Source: Heptranchias perlo (taxonomy: Eukaryota). Taken from it: 64,000 nucleotides of DNA. A model generated the notes under the pieces. The model saw only the letters and a program-made list of their open reading frames with translations, did not search any database and was not told the origin of the DNA. The stretch covers positions 55,366,001 through 55,430,000 of the forward strand of contig NC_090334.1 in NCBI RefSeq assembly GCF_035084215.1, read 5' to 3'. The position numbers and the translations under genes are program-made. This document shows positions 61,700-64,000 of this stretch, one piece after another (position 1 is the stretch's first letter; each line of letters opens with the position of its first letter).

Positions 61700-64000
61700 T
61701 CATTGTGCTTCCTAAGTGAGAAGTTCAATTCAATGCCACATAGGCAGTTGTGTTGTGAGCCTGTGTACGTGCAAATTGGCATAGGGACAACCAGATCAAA
61801 GAGCTAAATGCATGGCTCAAAGAGTGGTGTGGGAGACAGGGGTTTCCATTCGTGGGATACCGGCACGAGTACTGGGGAAAGAGGGAGCTGTTCCATTGGG
61901 ATGGGCTCCACTTAAACTGGGCTGGGACCAGCGTCCTGGTGAATCGAATAACTAGGGCTGTAGACAGGGCTTTAACCTAAAAAGGGGGGGGAGGGGTCAA
62001 GCTAGGGGAAATTTAGAAATCTAATGAGAAAAGTCAAGGCAACAGAGCAGTGTAGTGATTTGGGTGAAGGTAAGCAGAGTGTGGCAGGAAGAGACAGAGA
62101 GTTTACCAATAATAGAGCATCAACAAGTAAGGTCAAAGCAGGAAAAAATGGTACAGAGTCAAAATTAAAGGCTCTTTATCCGAATGCACAGAGCATTTGT
62201 AACAAGATAGATGTATTGCTTGCACAAATAGAGATAAATGGGTTTGATTTAATAGCCATTACAGAAACATGGTTGCAAAGTGACCAAGATTGGGAACTAA
62301 ATATTCCAGGGTACATGACATTTAGAAAAGACAGGCAGAATGGAAAAGGAGGGGGTGTAGCCCTAATAATAAAGAATGACATAAGGACAGTGGTGAGAAA
62401 GGATCTTGGCTTGGAAGATCAGGAAGTAGAGTCAGTATGGGTGGAAATAAGAAATAACAAGGGGCAGAAAACACTGGTGGGAATAGTTTTTATGCCCCCT
62501 AATAGAAGCTATATCGTTGGACAGAGTATTAATCATGAAATAATAGGAGTTTGTAACAAAGGTAATGCAGTAATCATGGGGGACTTTAATCTTCATATAG
62601 ACTGGGAAAATCAAATTGGCAAAGGTAGTTTGGAGAACAAGTTCATGGAATGCATTCGAGACTGTTTCCTAGAGCAATATGTCACGGAACCAACCAGGGA
62701 ACAGGCTATTTTAGATCTTGTATTGTGTAATGAGACAGGGTTAATCAGAAATTTCACTGTAAAGGATTCTGTGGGGAAGAGTGATCATAATATGATAGAA
62801 TTTCACATTGAGTTTGAGAGCGGTGTATTTAAGTCTGAAACTAGAGTCTTAAACTTAAATAAAGTCAATTACATTGGTAAGAGGGGCGATTTGGCTAAGG
62901 TAGATTGGGAAATTAGATTAAAGGGTATCTTGGTTGAAAAGCAATGGCAAACATTTAAAGAACTATTTCAATATTCTCAACGAATATACATTCCATTGAG
63001 AAATAAAAACTCCACAGGAAGAGTGATCCACCCGTGGCTAACTCAAGAAGTTAAGGATAGTATTAGATTAAAAGAAGAGGCATATAATGTTGCCAAGAAG
63101 AGTAACAAGCCTGAGGAATGGGAGAGTTTTAGAAACCAGCAAAGGATGACCAAAAATTGATTAAAAAGGGAGAAAATATATGAAGGTAAACTAGCAAGAA
63201 ATATAAAAACGGATTGTAAGAGCTTCTGCAAGTATGTAAAAAGAAAGAGAGCAGCAAAAGTAAACATTGGTCCCCTAGAGGCTGAGACAGGAGAAGTTAT
63301 AATGGGGAATTAGGAAATGGCAGAGACGTTAAACAAATATTTTGTATCTGTCTTCACAGTAGAAGACACAAAAAGCATACCAGAAATAGTGGGGAACCCA
63401 GGGGCTAATGAGAATGAGGAACTTAAAGTAATTAATGTCAGTAGAGAAAAAGCACTTGAGAAACTAATGGGACTAAAAGCCAATAAATCCCTTGGATCTG
63501 ATGGCCTACATCCAAGGGTTCTAAAAATGGTGGCTGCAGAGATAGTGGATGCATTGGTTATGATCTTCCAAAATTCCCTAGATTCTAGAATGATTCCAGC
63601 AGATTGGAAGGTAGCAAATGTAATCCTGCTATTGAAGAAAGGAGGGAGAGAGAAAACAGGGAACTACAGGCCAGTTAGCCTGACATCAGTCGTTGGGAAA
63701 ATGCTGGAATCCATTATTAAGGAAGTGGTAACGGCACTTAGAACATCATAATATGATTAGGCAGAGTCAACATGGTTTTATGAAAGGGAAATTGTGTTTG
63801 ACAAATATGTTAGAGTTCTTTGAGGATGTAACTAGCAGGGTAGATATAGCGGAACCAGTGGATGTAATATATTTGGATTTTCAAAAGGCATTCAATAAGG
63901 TGCCACATAAAAGATTGTTATGCAAGATAAGGGCTCATGGGGTTGGGGGTAATATATTAGCATGGATAGAGGAATCGTTAATGGACAGAAAACAGAGAGT
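61700..64000 (+). mobile_element. CR1 LINE (ORF1 end, endonuclease, RT start), disrupted, running off the window
   Basis: ORF1 tail WDGLHL; endonuclease motifs AITETWL, MGDFN and SDHNMI; GNYRPVSLTSVVGK; stops and frameshifts near 63160 and 63310. Confidence 0.95.

Overview
Vertebrate nuclear DNA, most likely from a cartilaginous fish; this assignment is inferred from the repeat content (CR1, L2, DeuSINE-type and Penelope-like repeats). Four conserved genes sit in the same relative order and orientation as human 14q21.3: the last five exons of POLE2 (+), DNAAF2/kintoun (+, 3 exons, ~920 aa), intronless MGAT2 (-, 434 aa) and LRR1 (-, 4 exons, ~424 aa). RPL36AL, RPS29 and a 7SL gene were not seen. 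The rest is mostly LINE/SINE remnants plus three tandem arrays. I found no CRISPR array and no new multi-gene protein system. The best leads are: an orphan CpG promoter at ~59.3 kb with a chain of minus-strand exon candidates; an L1-Tx1 insertion with an apparent 3' transduction; a TSD-flanked copy of a DNAAF2 splice donor; a 2-kb G-rich array next to the LRR1 promoter; a TATA-bearing monomer array at a CR1 5' end; several fold-back elements; and degenerate hammerhead-like relics. Everything was read by eye, and repeat boundaries are approximate.
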